A DNA stretch of 64,000 bases from Bacteroidota bacterium (GCA_023251535.1 JAHEYP010000014.1:11726-75725), one strand, 5' to 3'. Numbered from the stretch's first letter, positions 17,574 to 28,242 are shown. Made by a program: numbers and translations. Notes: generated from the sequence alone by a model not told the origin.

Positions 17574-19496
17574 TTATTTGCTTAAGATTACAAATTCAGT
17601 TCGTCGGTTTTGTGCTTTTCCGTCTTCACTATCATTGCCGGCAACAGGCTTTGTTTCTCCAAAGCCTTTATATGATAATCGCATTTTTTCTATTCCACAT
17701 TGCGCTAAAAAATCATAAACAGATTTTGCTCTATCTTCCGAAAGTTTCATGTTGTCTGCGGGATTTCCTGCATTATCTGTATGTCCTTGGATAGTTACTT
17801 TTAATCCTTGATTTAATTTTAAATAATCACTAAAATCGGTAAGTATGTTTTTGTCTTGAGGATTTAATTCCGATGAACTTGTTGAGAATAAAATATTATT
17901 GAGTTTATAGCTTTGCCCTACTTCCGTTTTCTTTAATTGCAGATTTACTTTCTTTGGCGCTTCTAAAGTACTGTCTTCTTTTGAGAAGTAGGCTGAGTTA
18001 TATGCGTAACCTTGTTTTTTAACGGTCAACATCAAGTCGTCGTTAAAGGCAACTACCGATGCATATTTACCAGTGATGGTATCATAGGTTACTTCGTAAT
18101 TCTCTTTTCCTTTCGCTTTCTTTAATTCAATTTTAGCAGAAGCAATGGCATCTTTATCTCCTTCAACTTCTCCTTTTATGAATAGTACTTTTTCGGGACG
18201 AACTTTTTCGGGTAAGTCGAATTCATAAATATCATAACCTCCGATTCCTTTTAGGCTGTTTGATGCGTAATATCCTTTTTTACCGTCGGTACTAACAAAA
18301 AAACCTACTTCATCAGCTTCGGTATTTATTGGATATCCAACGTTTATTGGCGTCGACCAGCCGCCGTCTGCCTTTAATTTGGTCATGTAAATATCGTACC
18401 CTCCCATTCCAGGTAATGCATCTGAACTGAAGTAAAATGTTTTATTATCGGGATGCATAAACGGAGTTTTTTCATTCCCTTTTGTATTGATAGGAGCAGG
18501 TAACGGTTGCGGCTTACCCCAATTTCCTTTTTCGTCTTTTTTCGTGACATAAATATCACTTGTCATGTTAATTGAGTCACGGAAACTGGCGAAATAAAGC
18601 GATCTTCCATCAGGAGCAACACTTGGTTGACTATCCCATAATTTCGGGTCATTAACATTACTTCCGATACTTGCCGGTTCTGTCCACTTTCCTTTTACTT
18701 CATCACTTGTATAAATGTCGAAGTTACCTGATTTGTTTACGGTAAAAAATAGATGTTTGTTATCGATTGTTACAGTTGCTCCGCCTTCGTTTCCGTTTAC
18801 AGCTTTATTGAACGGTGGTGGCATAGGCTCACCTTTGTTGAATTCGCCATTGGTACGAGTCGCCATCATGAATTTCTCAACGTTGCTCGGATATAACGAT
18901 CCTTTTTTTACTTCATCAAAACGACGCGTGAAAAAGCAAATTTCTTGATCGGGTGAAATCACTGCCAAGTATTCAGGATCACCACCTGAGACATTCTTCA
19001 ACGGTACTGGATTAAATGGCACAGGATTCGACATGATTTTCGCTCTCTGAATTTTCTGAGCTGCATCTAATCCATTTTCTTCTTTTACTTTATTGAAGTC
19101 TAAAAACGATTGTAAATTGTCGATTGCCGCTTTATAGTTTTTAGTTTGGTATTGATAATTCCCTAAACGATAATAAGCTTCGGCACTGGCATCAGGACAA
19201 ATTTCAATAACCTTGGCATAAGCTTTAGCCATGTTTTCATCGTCATGGTTAGTGAAAGCAATATCGCCATAAAGCAACCATGCATTTCCATTTAATGAAT
19301 CTTCTTCCAGCGATTTTAATACAAGTTCCTTAATCTTTTTATAAGGATCTCGTGATTTCTTCGCGTCTTTGGCATCATCTAAATATTTGTTCGATTTTTT
19401 AACGGTCGATTCAGGACACCTAGCCTTATTTTGGGCCGAAACGGGTGTCGAAACAAAAATGAATATTGCGATGAAACTGCCTATAACCTTAAACAT
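17574..19496 (-). CDS. PorE-like OmpA-family protein (TPR + PD40 propeller + carboxypeptidase-regulatory-like + OmpA)
   Basis: TPR-like helices; PD40 repeats (SQPSVAPDGRSLYFAS, TPFMHPDNKTFYFSS, GMGGYDIY); OmpA domain GHTDN...LSEDRA...NRRTEF. Confidence 0.88.
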   Translation of the reverse strand: MFKVIGSFIAIFIFVSTPVSAQNKARCPESTVKKSNKYLDDAKDAKKSRDPYKKIKELVLKSLEEDSLNGNAWLLYGDIAFTNHDDENMAKAYAKVIEICPDASAEAYYRLGNYQYQTKNYKAAIDNLQSFLDFNKVKEENGLDAAQKIQRAKIMSNPVPFNPVPLKNVSGGDPEYLAVISPDQEICFFTRRFDEVKKGSLYPSNVEKFMMATRTNGEFNKGEPMPPPFNKAVNGNEGGATVTIDNKHLFFTVNKSGNFDIYTSDEVKGKWTEPASIGSNVNDPKLWDSQPSVAPDGRSLYFASFRDSINMTSDIYVTKKDEKGNWGKPQPLPAPINTKGNEKTPFMHPDNKTFYFSSDALPGMGGYDIYMTKLKADGGWSTPINVGYPINTEADEVGFFVSTDGKKGYYASNSLKGIGGYDIYEFDLPEKVRPEKVLFIKGEVEGDKDAIASAKIELKKAKGKENYEVTYDTITGKYASVVAFNDDLMLTVKKQGYAYNSAYFSKEDSTLEAPKKVNLQLKKTEVGQSYKLNNILFSTSSSELNPQDKNILTDFSDYLKLNQGLKVTIQGHTDNAGNPADNMKLSEDRAKSVYDFLAQCGIEKMRLSYKGFGETKPVAGNDSEDGKAQNRRTEFVILSK

Positions 19497-19590
19497 GTAG
19501 CTCTAACGTAAATGAGCTACAAATATTGAGACTAAACACGCTCTCTTTCCTGTTTCTTCATAAAGTCTTTCAACAGGTTGAGGTGCATAA

Positions 19591-19618
19591 AAAAAGGCCT
19601 CTGAATAGGAGGCCTTTT
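19591..19618 (-). terminator. Intrinsic terminator
   Basis: AAAAAAGGCCTCT...GGAGGCCTTTT hairpin downstream of the 19636 gene. Confidence 0.7.
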
Positions 19619-19635
19619 CTATGATATAATGCTAA

Positions 19636-21990
19636 TTATTGTTTAGTGATTTTAATATCGGTGCTCGTTCCGTCCGATTTCATCAATCTTGCGATGTATA
19701 AACCTACAGGTAATGTTTTACCCATTTCAACTTTTTGATTGCTTCCCATAACTTGGATTTGCTCTAAAACGCGTCCTGTGATGTCGGTAATAACCAAAGT
19801 CGAAGCTAATTTATCGTTACCCGCTAAGGTAAACGTAATGCTGTTTGTAAAAGGATTAGGGTAGGCATTAAGAATACCATTGTTGCCGTTAACTGTCGAT
19901 AAACCAACTGTTTCGTCGATTTTGAAATTGTCTAATCCACCTTCAACAATATTGAAAACCGGAGCTGGGTCGCTAATATTCACAATCAAGTGCATATTGT
20001 TCGATAAGGTAATATAGTTGCTTAAAAGGTAACTCTCGTTTACCCATTGGCTTTGTAAAGGTTGTCCGGCATACGTACGTCCTAAAAGAACAGTGCTTGT
20101 TCCGTTAGAAATATAAACGCTCATCGTATCATCCGGTTGACCGTTTGTAGTGCCACCGTTATAGAACCAACGAGCATAAGATAATCGTGGAGCAGTATAT
20201 AAAGTTCCATCAAATGAAGGTGAAGTAAGGATCGTAGCTCCGTTATCAACATCGTTATCCCATGGACCACCACCTCCATTATCTGTAACAAATGCTAAAT
20301 CTCCACAATCTCCCGTTACATCACTTCCTGGATTAGCCATTGCTGTGTTATTCATTGTAGCAACAGGTAATGCGCGTTCCCATGCATTAGCTGAAGGACC
20401 TGAAACTGTCCATCCGAAATCAAGCGCGAAATCGTCGTAATAACCTGGTGTTAAATAGATAGTTAAGGGAGTAGCAGTTACCGCTTGGTTGCTACAATCG
20501 TTACGGAATCCCCATTTTCCTGCAGTAATATCGTACGTTCCTCCATAGAAACTATTCAAAGTATATTGTCCTGATGCATTAGTTGTGGCAGTAACATCGA
20601 ATTGAGAGTTGCTGAAGTGGATAGTTGCATTAGCAACTGGTGCGCCTGTATTAGAGTTTATAACGGTACCTGTAGCCGTAATTGTGGCAAAGCTTGCCAA
20701 CTGAACATTTAGATTCGTTAAAACACCATTTTGAAGTGATACACCTGTAATAGTTTTAGTAACATAACCTGCTTTCGAGAATTGAACATCGTATGTTCCT
20801 GCTGTAGCTAATCCGGTTTTGTAATCACCAGTAATTTTAGTTTGCTTGCTAATTGATGTAGTTAAGATTGTTACCGTAACTCCGTTTAAAGGAGAACCGC
20901 TAATCGAATCTGTTACATTACCTTCTAAATAACATCCTCGTATATACGTCGGCGTTAGTACATATAGTCCGTTGTCGATATCTGACACTACTAAATTTCC
21001 TGAAGGTAAATAAGGGTAAACTCCCCAACACCCGTTAAATCCATCTCCTGATCCTTGAGCATAAGTATCATAACTTCCTGTAACAATCATGTTGTCGGGG
21101 TGACTTGCATCTACAATAGCAATTCCGTCTTTGTACCAGCTCACCACTTCATAGTCGTTTATCGTATGTGTATTATGAACAATTGATCCCGATCCAGGAG
21201 TAAGTTGAATTCGGTTAAGTTCGGTGATATTGTTTAAGTCGGAGATATCGTAAGAAGCTAAATAAGAATCACTCACTTCATCAGTCGTAAATAGCACATT
21301 GCCTGCATCATTTAACCACGAATTATGCGTAAATAAATTTGGAGTGTTTTGAGTAGTGATAGTTACTGGATTCGCTTTGTTCGTTACGTCAATAACAGAG
21401 AAGTATCCATCATAAATATGACATCCGTATAAAGTATCATTGCGAACATATCCGTCGTGAATATAAGTTCCTGGGGAATGGCCTACATAGTTAGGTGACC
21501 ACGGGTTACTTAAATCTAAAATTACAGCTGCACCGTTAAAAGCACTACTTCCGTAAATGTAAGCATAACCTGCATCAATATGTAAAGCATGAATAGTGTT
21601 CAATTGATTATTAACAGCACCGTTTCCTTTGTAATACTTCATCGGAACTGAATCAGGAAGATATCCTAAGTTTAAAATTTGCAATCCGTTGCAGCATCCT
21701 TCAGTAGTAACATAAGCGTAGTTCTGCCATGTTTTAACTTCTCTCCAGTCGCTATTTGTTCCGGGGATGTTAAATTTAATAACGGGATTAGCAGGGTCAG
21801 TTACATCCACAATTGATAATCCGTTATAAGTACCTACTAATGCATACTCGTTGCCTGAACTGTCAACATATCCTCCGATATTCGATAATGCTACCGAAAA
21901 TGGTAAATGCGATCTCAAAGTGACATTTAGCTGTCCAAATGAAATCATGCTGATCATCATTAAGATGACCAATGAGTAAATTTTCTTCAT
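19636..21990 (-). CDS. Choice-of-anchor B family T9SS-secreted protein (LVIVD-like propeller, carboxypeptidase-regulatory-like domains, type A CTD)
   Basis: Start at ATG 21990 (MKKIYS); EYALVG, WREVK, YIHD, THNSW, TTDE, GCWGVYPYLPSG; C-terminal YPNPF...GLYI..L...IKITKQ. Confidence 0.85.
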   Translation of the reverse strand: MKKIYSLVILMMISMISFGQLNVTLRSHLPFSVALSNIGGYVDSSGNEYALVGTYNGLSIVDVTDPANPVIKFNIPGTNSDWREVKTWQNYAYVTTEGCCNGLQILNLGYLPDSVPMKYYKGNGAVNNQLNTIHALHIDAGYAYIYGSSAFNGAAVILDLSNPWSPNYVGHSPGTYIHDGYVRNDTLYGCHIYDGYFSVIDVTNKANPVTITTQNTPNLFTHNSWLNDAGNVLFTTDEVSDSYLASYDISDLNNITELNRIQLTPGSGSIVHNTHTINDYEVVSWYKDGIAIVDASHPDNMIVTGSYDTYAQGSGDGFNGCWGVYPYLPSGNLVVSDIDNGLYVLTPTYIRGCYLEGNVTDSISGSPLNGVTVTILTTSISKQTKITGDYKTGLATAGTYDVQFSKAGYVTKTITGVSLQNGVLTNLNVQLASFATITATGTVINSNTGAPVANATIHFSNSQFDVTATTNASGQYTLNSFYGGTYDITAGKWGFRNDCSNQAVTATPLTIYLTPGYYDDFALDFGWTVSGPSANAWERALPVATMNNTAMANPGSDVTGDCGDLAFVTDNGGGGPWDNDVDNGATILTSPSFDGTLYTAPRLSYARWFYNGGTTNGQPDDTMSVYISNGTSTVLLGRTYAGQPLQSQWVNESYLLSNYITLSNNMHLIVNISDPAPVFNIVEGGLDNFKIDETVGLSTVNGNNGILNAYPNPFTNSITFTLAGNDKLASTLVITDITGRVLEQIQVMGSNQKVEMGKTLPVGLYIARLMKSDGTSTDIKITKQ

Positions 21991-22118
21991 GGTTAATGAG
22001 GGGTGATTGGGTAGTTTTGGTCTCTCAAAATTAGCTGAAATACCCCAACATGGCAAATTGCTGTTTGTACTTTTCGGTAAAACGCTTGTGTATAGGGGTG
22101 CAAAGGGTCATATTAAGC

Positions 22119-22829
22119 TCAAGATGAAATTTTCTTCATCAAAACTTCCTTATAAGAGCTGCCGATGGGGAGTCGAACTGACTTTAATTCAAGTTCGTTG
22201 CCGCTAATTGATTTTATGGCATCTAAGTTTACAATGTACGACTTATGTATTCGCATGAAATTGCCTGCGGGAAGATTACTCTCGAAGTATTTCATAGTAT
22301 GAAGAGTTACAATCATTTTCTCTGTTGTATAGATCTTCACATAGTCTTTCATTCCTTCAATATAATCGATGTCGCTAAATCGTATTTTGATGAGTTTTTG
22401 ATCACTCTTAACAAACATGTAATCTACTTTGGTAGGCTTCACTTCTTGAGCGGGCAAAGGATTAATAGCTTTAATACGTTCTACAGCTTTGTTAACTCCT
22501 TTCATGAATCGCTCTAATGAGACAGGCTTCACGAGGTAGTCGACAACATCGAGTTCGTATCCTTGTAATGCATAATCGGGATAAGCGGTGGTAATAATTA
22601 CAGCAGGTGCTTTCCTTAATGAACGCAAGAAATCAATTCCTGAAATTACAGGCATCGAAATATCTAAAAACATTAAATCGATATGTTCGGTATGAAGCAC
22701 TTCAAATGCTTCCAATGCATTCGAACACTTTTTTACCAATTCAATTTCTCTGATGTTTTCGAGATATCTTTCCAATACTTCTTGCGCCAATGGTTCATCA
22801 TCAACGATAATACATTTTAGCTTAATCAT
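22119..22829 (-). CDS. LytTR-family response regulator
   Basis: IIVDDEPLA, FLDISMP, DYLVKP receiver; FMRIHKSYIVNL LytTR domain. Confidence 0.93.
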   Translation of the reverse strand: MIKLKCIIVDDEPLAQEVLERYLENIREIELVKKCSNALEAFEVLHTEHIDLMFLDISMPVISGIDFLRSLRKAPAVIITTAYPDYALQGYELDVVDYLVKPVSLERFMKGVNKAVERIKAINPLPAQEVKPTKVDYMFVKSDQKLIKIRFSDIDYIEGMKDYVKIYTTEKMIVTLHTMKYFESNLPAGNFMRIHKSYIVNLDAIKSISGNELELKSVRLPIGSSYKEVLMKKISS

Positions 22830-23899
22830 GATAGTTGAAGTGATAAGTTAATTTCAAATGTTTCTTCTGTTTCCGCAATTTTTAGTTGATGCGATTCGCC
22901 GTAAATGAGATCTAAACGCCTTTGTACATTTTGAAGTCCGATGCCTTTGCGTTTGATATTTCCTGCAGGTAAATCTTCGTCGTTTTGTCCTTTTGAATTG
23001 ACTACAAGTAACGTTACTAAGTGGTTTTCAATAGTGAACTTAGCTGACACAAATCCGTCGTTAAATCGTCGTTCTAGTCCGTGTTTAAATGCGTTTTCAA
23101 TGAAGTCAATAAACAAAAGCGGTGCCACTTTTAATTCTCCAAAATCACCTGTAGTTTCAAACGTAATGCTGTATTTATCTTGATATCGGATGCGTTGTAA
23201 ATCGACATAGTTTTTTGCGAATTCTATCTCTTTTTTTAAGTCGACTTGTTGCTCGTTTGCTTGATATAAAACATAACGCATAATGTCCGATAGCTTAAGA
23301 ACTACTTCTGATGCTTTCTCTGAATTTTTAAGCGTTAAAGAATAAAGGTTATTCAAAGTGTTGAATAAAAAGTGCGGATGTATTTGTGCTTTTAATGCAT
23401 TCAATTCAAGTTGCAATTTTTCTTTTTGCAACTTCAACAGTTCTGTTTGTGTGATAAAGGCAATTAATGTATACTTCAATGCATAAGTAAGAATCACCAC
23501 TATCATGCCTTCTAATAAATCGAAGTTAGGTTGAATCCTACTTAAAAATCGCAACATGATATCAGGCATACCTTCACGTGGCAAAGCCATCAAAATGCTG
23601 TAATTGCAAAATGAATAGAGATAGATTAGCGATCCTATGCTGATGAAATGAGCAATATAGTGCCGCCTATTTAATAGCTTCGGCACCAACAGATAAAGGT
23701 GGATATATACTAATGGTGCTTGGCAAATAAAAATTACTCCAATGTATAGCAAACTCCAATTCCATCCCCATAAATCTTTGATGTCGTACATAGTACGCGA
23801 TAGCCATACAAACCAGAAAAGAGAGTGGAGAAGGATACTTCTCAATTTCGGATTGGGCAGTTGTCGGTTGTAATGATCTAATAATCGGTCTATCATCAA
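22826..23899 (-). CDS. LytS/YehU-type sensor histidine kinase
   Basis: N-terminal TM segments; LKAQIHPHFLFNTLNNLY, FIENAFKHG, GIGLQNVQRRL; 4-nt overlap with regulator. Confidence 0.93.
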   Translation of the reverse strand: MMIDRLLDHYNRQLPNPKLRSILLHSLFWFVWLSRTMYDIKDLWGWNWSLLYIGVIFICQAPLVYIHLYLLVPKLLNRRHYIAHFISIGSLIYLYSFCNYSILMALPREGMPDIMLRFLSRIQPNFDLLEGMIVVILTYALKYTLIAFITQTELLKLQKEKLQLELNALKAQIHPHFLFNTLNNLYSLTLKNSEKASEVVLKLSDIMRYVLYQANEQQVDLKKEIEFAKNYVDLQRIRYQDKYSITFETTGDFGELKVAPLLFIDFIENAFKHGLERRFNDGFVSAKFTIENHLVTLLVVNSKGQNDEDLPAGNIKRKGIGLQNVQRRLDLIYGESHQLKIAETEETFEINLSLQLS

Positions 23900-23901
23900 T
23901 T

Positions 23902-23909
23902 CAAAGATA
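23902..23909 (-). promoter_or_regulatory. -7 promoter element for lytS/lytTR operon
   Basis: Reverse complement TATCTTTG. Confidence 0.5.
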
Positions 23910-23936
23910 GCTTTAAGGGTGATTGTAATGTGCGAA

Positions 23937-23989
23937 TTTCGCTCAAATCGACAATCATTCCGATCAAACCGTTTATTTATTCGACAAGA
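23937..23989. promoter_or_regulatory. Putative LytTR binding array (three imperfect direct repeats, 21-bp period)
   Basis: TTTCGCTCAAA (23937), TTCCGATCAAA (23958), ATTCGACAAGA (23979). Confidence 0.45.
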
Positions 23990-24101
23990 CAGTTTTTCAG
24001 GTCATTTTGAGTACTTTATCAGGAAAATAGGGTGAATGGTCTAAATGTTTTGCTTTCTATGAGATTGTTTTATTACTTCGGGCCACAAATAAAAAGGATC
24101 G

Positions 24102-26135
24102 ATGAATAAAATGAAAATGTTAGCAGGCTTTGCCGTTACTACTGGTGCGGCGTTAGCTCTTGCATTTATGGCTGATCAAACATCTTTAAAGGGAATCGAC
24201 TTCGATTCTATCGATAAGACTGTTAGCCCTAAAGATGATTTTTACCATTATGCAAATGGTAATTGGCTGAAAAATAATCCTATACCAGGCGATCAAAGCC
24301 GTTGGGGCAGCTTCGATGTATTAGCCGACGAGAATAATAAGAAGATTCGATTAGTAGTTGAATCGGTGGCGAAGGATACAAAAGCTGCTCAAGGTACGCT
24401 TCACCAAAAGTTGCGCGACTTTTACTTGATGGCAATGGATTCGGCTAAAGCTGAACAACAAGGCATTTCGTTGATAAAGCCGGATATCGATATGATTGGC
24501 GGATTGAAAACGAAAAAGGATATCGCTAAATGTATGGCAGAACTAACCGTTAAAGGTGTTGATAATGCATTTGGTTTTTATGTAGCTCGCGATTTAAAAA
24601 ATAGCAGTGCTTATGTTCTTTATATTTCGCAAAGTGGACTAGGATTACCTGATCGCGATTATTATTTAAAGTCAGATGAACGCAATGTTAACTATCGTAA
24701 GGCTTATGTAGAGCACATGACTAATATGCTTACGATGATTAATTATGCTAATCCTAAACAAACAGCAGAGAATATCCTTGCTATTGAAACAGAATTAGCT
24801 AAAATTTCAATGTCTCGTGTGGAGATGCGTGATGAAGAAAAAACGTACAATCCGCGTACATATGCTGAGTTAACGAAACTTACTTCATCGTTTGATTGGG
24901 ATGTATACACTAAAACCAATTCAATTCCTACCGACGGAAAAATCATCGTTAACCAACCTGATTACTTTAAAAGTTTCAGTACGATCTATGATTCGGTTTC
25001 TGTTGACTCATGGAAGGCTTATTTAACTTGGCATTATGTTACTACGTTCGCTAACCAATTAAATAGCGCGATGGTAAATGAGAACTTTAATTTCTACGGC
25101 AAAACATTAAATGGTACTCAAGCAATGCGTCCTCGTTGGAAGCGTGCCCTAGGAGCTTGCGATGGATCATTGGGTGAGGTTGTAGGACAAATTTATGTCG
25201 ATAAGTACTTTAGCCCGGATCTCAAAGTTCGTGTTCAGGCGATGGTTAAAAATATCCTTGCTGCTTATAAAATCAGAATCAGCAAACTGGATTGGATGAG
25301 TGAAGAAACTAAGAAGAAAGCGCTTGAGAAATTAAGTCGTTTCAATACTAAGTTAGGATATCCTGACAAATGGAAAGATTATTCTAAACTAGAGGTGAAG
25401 GCCGATGCTTATGTATTAAATGTAATGCGTGCAGAAGAGTTTTCATATCGTACGATGATTGATAAGTTAGGTAAGCCTGTTGATAAAGCCGAATGGCAAA
25501 TGCTACCTCACCAAGTTAATGCTTATTATGAGCCAACCTTGAATGAAATCGTATTCCCTGCTGCTATCATGCAACCTCCATTCTATTATCCAGAAGCTGA
25601 TGATGCAACTAACTACGGTTCGTTAGGCGCTGTTATCGGACATGAAATCACTCACGGTTTCGATGATCAAGGATCGAAATACGACGGCAGTGGTAATATG
25701 ATTGATTGGTGGACAGATAATGATCGTAAATTATTCGAAGAAAAATCGAAAGTGCTTATCGAGTGCTTTAATAAGTTCGAAGCGCTACCTGGAGTATTTG
25801 TAAATGGTGAATTAACGATTGGTGAGAATATCGCGGATTTAGGCGGATTAAGTACTGCATACCAAGCATTGCAAATGGCGAAAGAAGGCAAGACATCTTC
25901 TGTGATTAATGGATTTACTGAAGAGCAACGTTTCTTCCTTGCCTTCGGACAAGTTTGGAAACAAAATATCAAAGAAGAAATGTTACGTAAACGTATCTTA
26001 ACAGATGTTCACTCTCCTGCTAACTTCCGTGTTCTTGGAACATTAGCTAACATGCCTGAGTTCTACAAAGCATTCGAGGTGAAAGAAGGTAACGGAATGT
26101 ACCGTAACGATAAAGACAGAGCTAAAATCTGGTAA
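24102..26135 (+). CDS. M13-family metallopeptidase (PepO/neprilysin-like)
   Basis: DDFYHYANGNW, VNAYY, GHEITHGFDDQG, GENIADLGG, DVHSP motifs. Confidence 0.93.
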   Translation: MNKMKMLAGFAVTTGAALALAFMADQTSLKGIDFDSIDKTVSPKDDFYHYANGNWLKNNPIPGDQSRWGSFDVLADENNKKIRLVVESVAKDTKAAQGTLHQKLRDFYLMAMDSAKAEQQGISLIKPDIDMIGGLKTKKDIAKCMAELTVKGVDNAFGFYVARDLKNSSAYVLYISQSGLGLPDRDYYLKSDERNVNYRKAYVEHMTNMLTMINYANPKQTAENILAIETELAKISMSRVEMRDEEKTYNPRTYAELTKLTSSFDWDVYTKTNSIPTDGKIIVNQPDYFKSFSTIYDSVSVDSWKAYLTWHYVTTFANQLNSAMVNENFNFYGKTLNGTQAMRPRWKRALGACDGSLGEVVGQIYVDKYFSPDLKVRVQAMVKNILAAYKIRISKLDWMSEETKKKALEKLSRFNTKLGYPDKWKDYSKLEVKADAYVLNVMRAEEFSYRTMIDKLGKPVDKAEWQMLPHQVNAYYEPTLNEIVFPAAIMQPPFYYPEADDATNYGSLGAVIGHEITHGFDDQGSKYDGSGNMIDWWTDNDRKLFEEKSKVLIECFNKFEALPGVFVNGELTIGENIADLGGLSTAYQALQMAKEGKTSSVINGFTEEQRFFLAFGQVWKQNIKEEMLRKRILTDVHSPANFRVLGTLANMPEFYKAFEVKEGNGMYRNDKDRAKIW

Positions 26136-26172
26136 TAGTTTATTGCAAATAAAACGTACCAAGTTCTTATTT

Positions 26173-26200
26173 AAGCGGGATAATTTATCCCGCTTTTTTT
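26173..26200 (+). terminator. Intrinsic terminator of M13 peptidase gene
   Basis: AAGCGGGATAA T TTATCCCGCTT followed by T tract. Confidence 0.75.
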
Positions 26201-26216
26201 GTGACCTATACGAAAT

Positions 26217-26245
26217 AAAAAAGGGAGCTGTTGAGCTCCCTTTTT
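26217..26245 (-). terminator. Intrinsic terminator of typA
   Basis: AAAAAAGGGAGCT...AGCTCCCTTTTT. Confidence 0.75.
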
Positions 26246-26264
26246 GGTATTTATAGAATGGTGA

Positions 26265-28076
26265 TTAAACCGTTTCTTCTTTCTTCGACATTCTCTTTCT
26301 CGTATTTTCATCGAGGTGAACTTTACGCATTCTCAATGATTTCGGAGTGATTTCTAAGTACTCATCTTTCTCGATATATTCCATCGACTCTTCTAATGAA
26401 AACTTAACAGCCGGAGCAATACGAACGTTATCGTCGCTACCAGAAGCACGCATGTTCGTGAGTTTCTTTGCTTCGCAAACGTTGATTACTAAATCATCGG
26501 GACGAATATGTTGTCCGATAACTTGTCCCGCATAAACTGCTTCACCTGGATCAGTAAAGAAGAATCCGCGATCTTGCATACGATCGATAGAGTAAGGGGT
26601 AGCTGTTCCTGTTTCTTTCGCTAACAATACTCCTGAAATACGTCCAGCGATTGGGCCTTTCCAAGGTTCGTAGCTTTTGAAACGGTGAGCCATTGTTGCA
26701 CGTCCTGCAGTAGCTGTAAGTACGTTACTACGTAAACCGATTAATCCGCGAGCAGGGATTTCAAACTCAAGATGCTGAAGGTCACCCTTTGGCTCCATGA
26801 TTTTTAATTCACCTTTCTTCTGCGTTACTAATTCAATTACTTTACCTGCAACTTCTTCAGGAGTATCAACTGTTAAATGCTCAACAGGTTCGTGACGTTG
26901 TCCGTCGATTTCTTTAATGATTACTTGAGGTTGTCCTACTTGCAATTCATATCCTTCGCGGCGCATCGTTTCAATCAAGATCGATAAGTGAAGTACTCCA
27001 CGTCCGTATACTAAGTATGAATCAGGTGATTCAGTCTCAACTACACGCATCGCTAAGTTCTTCTCTAACTCTTTGTATAAACGATCACGAACGTGACGAG
27101 ATGTTACGAAACGACCTTCTTTTCCGAAGAAAGGACTGTTGTTGATGGTGAAAAGCATACACATTGTAGGCTCATCAACAGAGATAGGAGTAAGGGCCTC
27201 TGGATTTTCAAAGTCAGCAATAGTATCACCGATATCGAAATCTTCAATTCCCGTTACAGCACATAAGTCACCACATGTTACGATATCTGCCTTACGACGA
27301 CCTAAGCCTTCGAAAACGAACATTTCTTTTATACGTGATTTCTTCATAGTTCCGTCGCGCTTCATTAAAGTTACCGGTTGGTTTTCTTTTAATGATCCGC
27401 GGCTGATACGTCCGATAGCAATACGACCAACGTATGAAGAGAAGTCTAATGATGTAATTAACATCTGAGGCGTTCCTTCAACGATTTCCGGTTTCGGAAT
27501 GTAATCGATGATCGTATCTAATAAAGCCGTTACGTCGGTAGTAGGATTTTTATAATCGTAACTCATCCAACCTTGTTTCGATGAACCGTAAACAGTAGGG
27601 AATCCTAACTGATCTTCAGTTGCGTCGAGGTGGAAGAATAAGTCAAATACTTTTTCGTGTACTTCTTCTGGGCGACAATTTTCTTTATCTACCTTGTTGA
27701 TAACCAACACGGCACGCTTGCCCATTTCAATTGCTTTTGTAAGTACGAAACGCGTTTGCGGCATCGGACCTTCAAAGGCATCAACTAACAAAATTACTCC
27801 GTCAGCCATGTTCATTACACGCTCAACCTCACCTCCGAAGTCGGCGTGGCCTGGTGTATCAATGATGTTGATTTTATGTCCTTTGTAGTTAACAGAAACG
27901 TTTTTAGCGACAATGGTAATTCCGCGCTCACGTTCAAGGTCGTTGTTGTCAAGAATCAAATCTCCCGTTTTTTCATTGTCACGGAACAATTGAGTTTGAT
28001 GTAAAATTTTGTCGACCAATGTAGTTTTGCCGTGGTCAACGTGGGCGATAATGGCGATGTTGCGAATTGATTGCAT
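26265..28076 (-). CDS. typA: Translational GTPase TypA/BipA
   Basis: RNIAIIAHVDHGKTTLVD, DTPGHADFGGEVER, GRGVLHLSILIETMRREGYE, KKLTNMRASGSD. Confidence 0.97.
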   Translation of the reverse strand: MQSIRNIAIIAHVDHGKTTLVDKILHQTQLFRDNEKTGDLILDNNDLERERGITIVAKNVSVNYKGHKINIIDTPGHADFGGEVERVMNMADGVILLVDAFEGPMPQTRFVLTKAIEMGKRAVLVINKVDKENCRPEEVHEKVFDLFFHLDATEDQLGFPTVYGSSKQGWMSYDYKNPTTDVTALLDTIIDYIPKPEIVEGTPQMLITSLDFSSYVGRIAIGRISRGSLKENQPVTLMKRDGTMKKSRIKEMFVFEGLGRRKADIVTCGDLCAVTGIEDFDIGDTIADFENPEALTPISVDEPTMCMLFTINNSPFFGKEGRFVTSRHVRDRLYKELEKNLAMRVVETESPDSYLVYGRGVLHLSILIETMRREGYELQVGQPQVIIKEIDGQRHEPVEHLTVDTPEEVAGKVIELVTQKKGELKIMEPKGDLQHLEFEIPARGLIGLRSNVLTATAGRATMAHRFKSYEPWKGPIAGRISGVLLAKETGTATPYSIDRMQDRGFFFTDPGEAVYAGQVIGQHIRPDDLVINVCEAKKLTNMRASGSDDNVRIAPAVKFSLEESMEYIEKDEYLEITPKSLRMRKVHLDENTRKRMSKKEETV

Positions 28077-28234
28077 GGGCGATCTGCGATGCAGTATTGA
28101 TTTTTTGTTGTTTTACTCCCTAAAACTCAAAGTTATTGTCGATTTACTATTCTTTTATCGCTTATTGATTAATCCTCAATAAATACAATAGGTTGAATTT
28201 CAGTCGGCTATGCACTTCATGCCTTTTGGGACTG

Positions 28235-28242
28235 CAAAGGTA
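28235..28242 (-). promoter_or_regulatory. -7 promoter element for typA
   Basis: Reverse complement TACCTTTG followed by CA; implies a 5' UTR of about 150 nt. Confidence 0.6.

Noticed and set aside
28077..28234. Long typA 5' leader containing a tiny uORF (MKCIAD)
   Set aside because: A six-codon ORF is expected by chance and no structure or motif supports regulation
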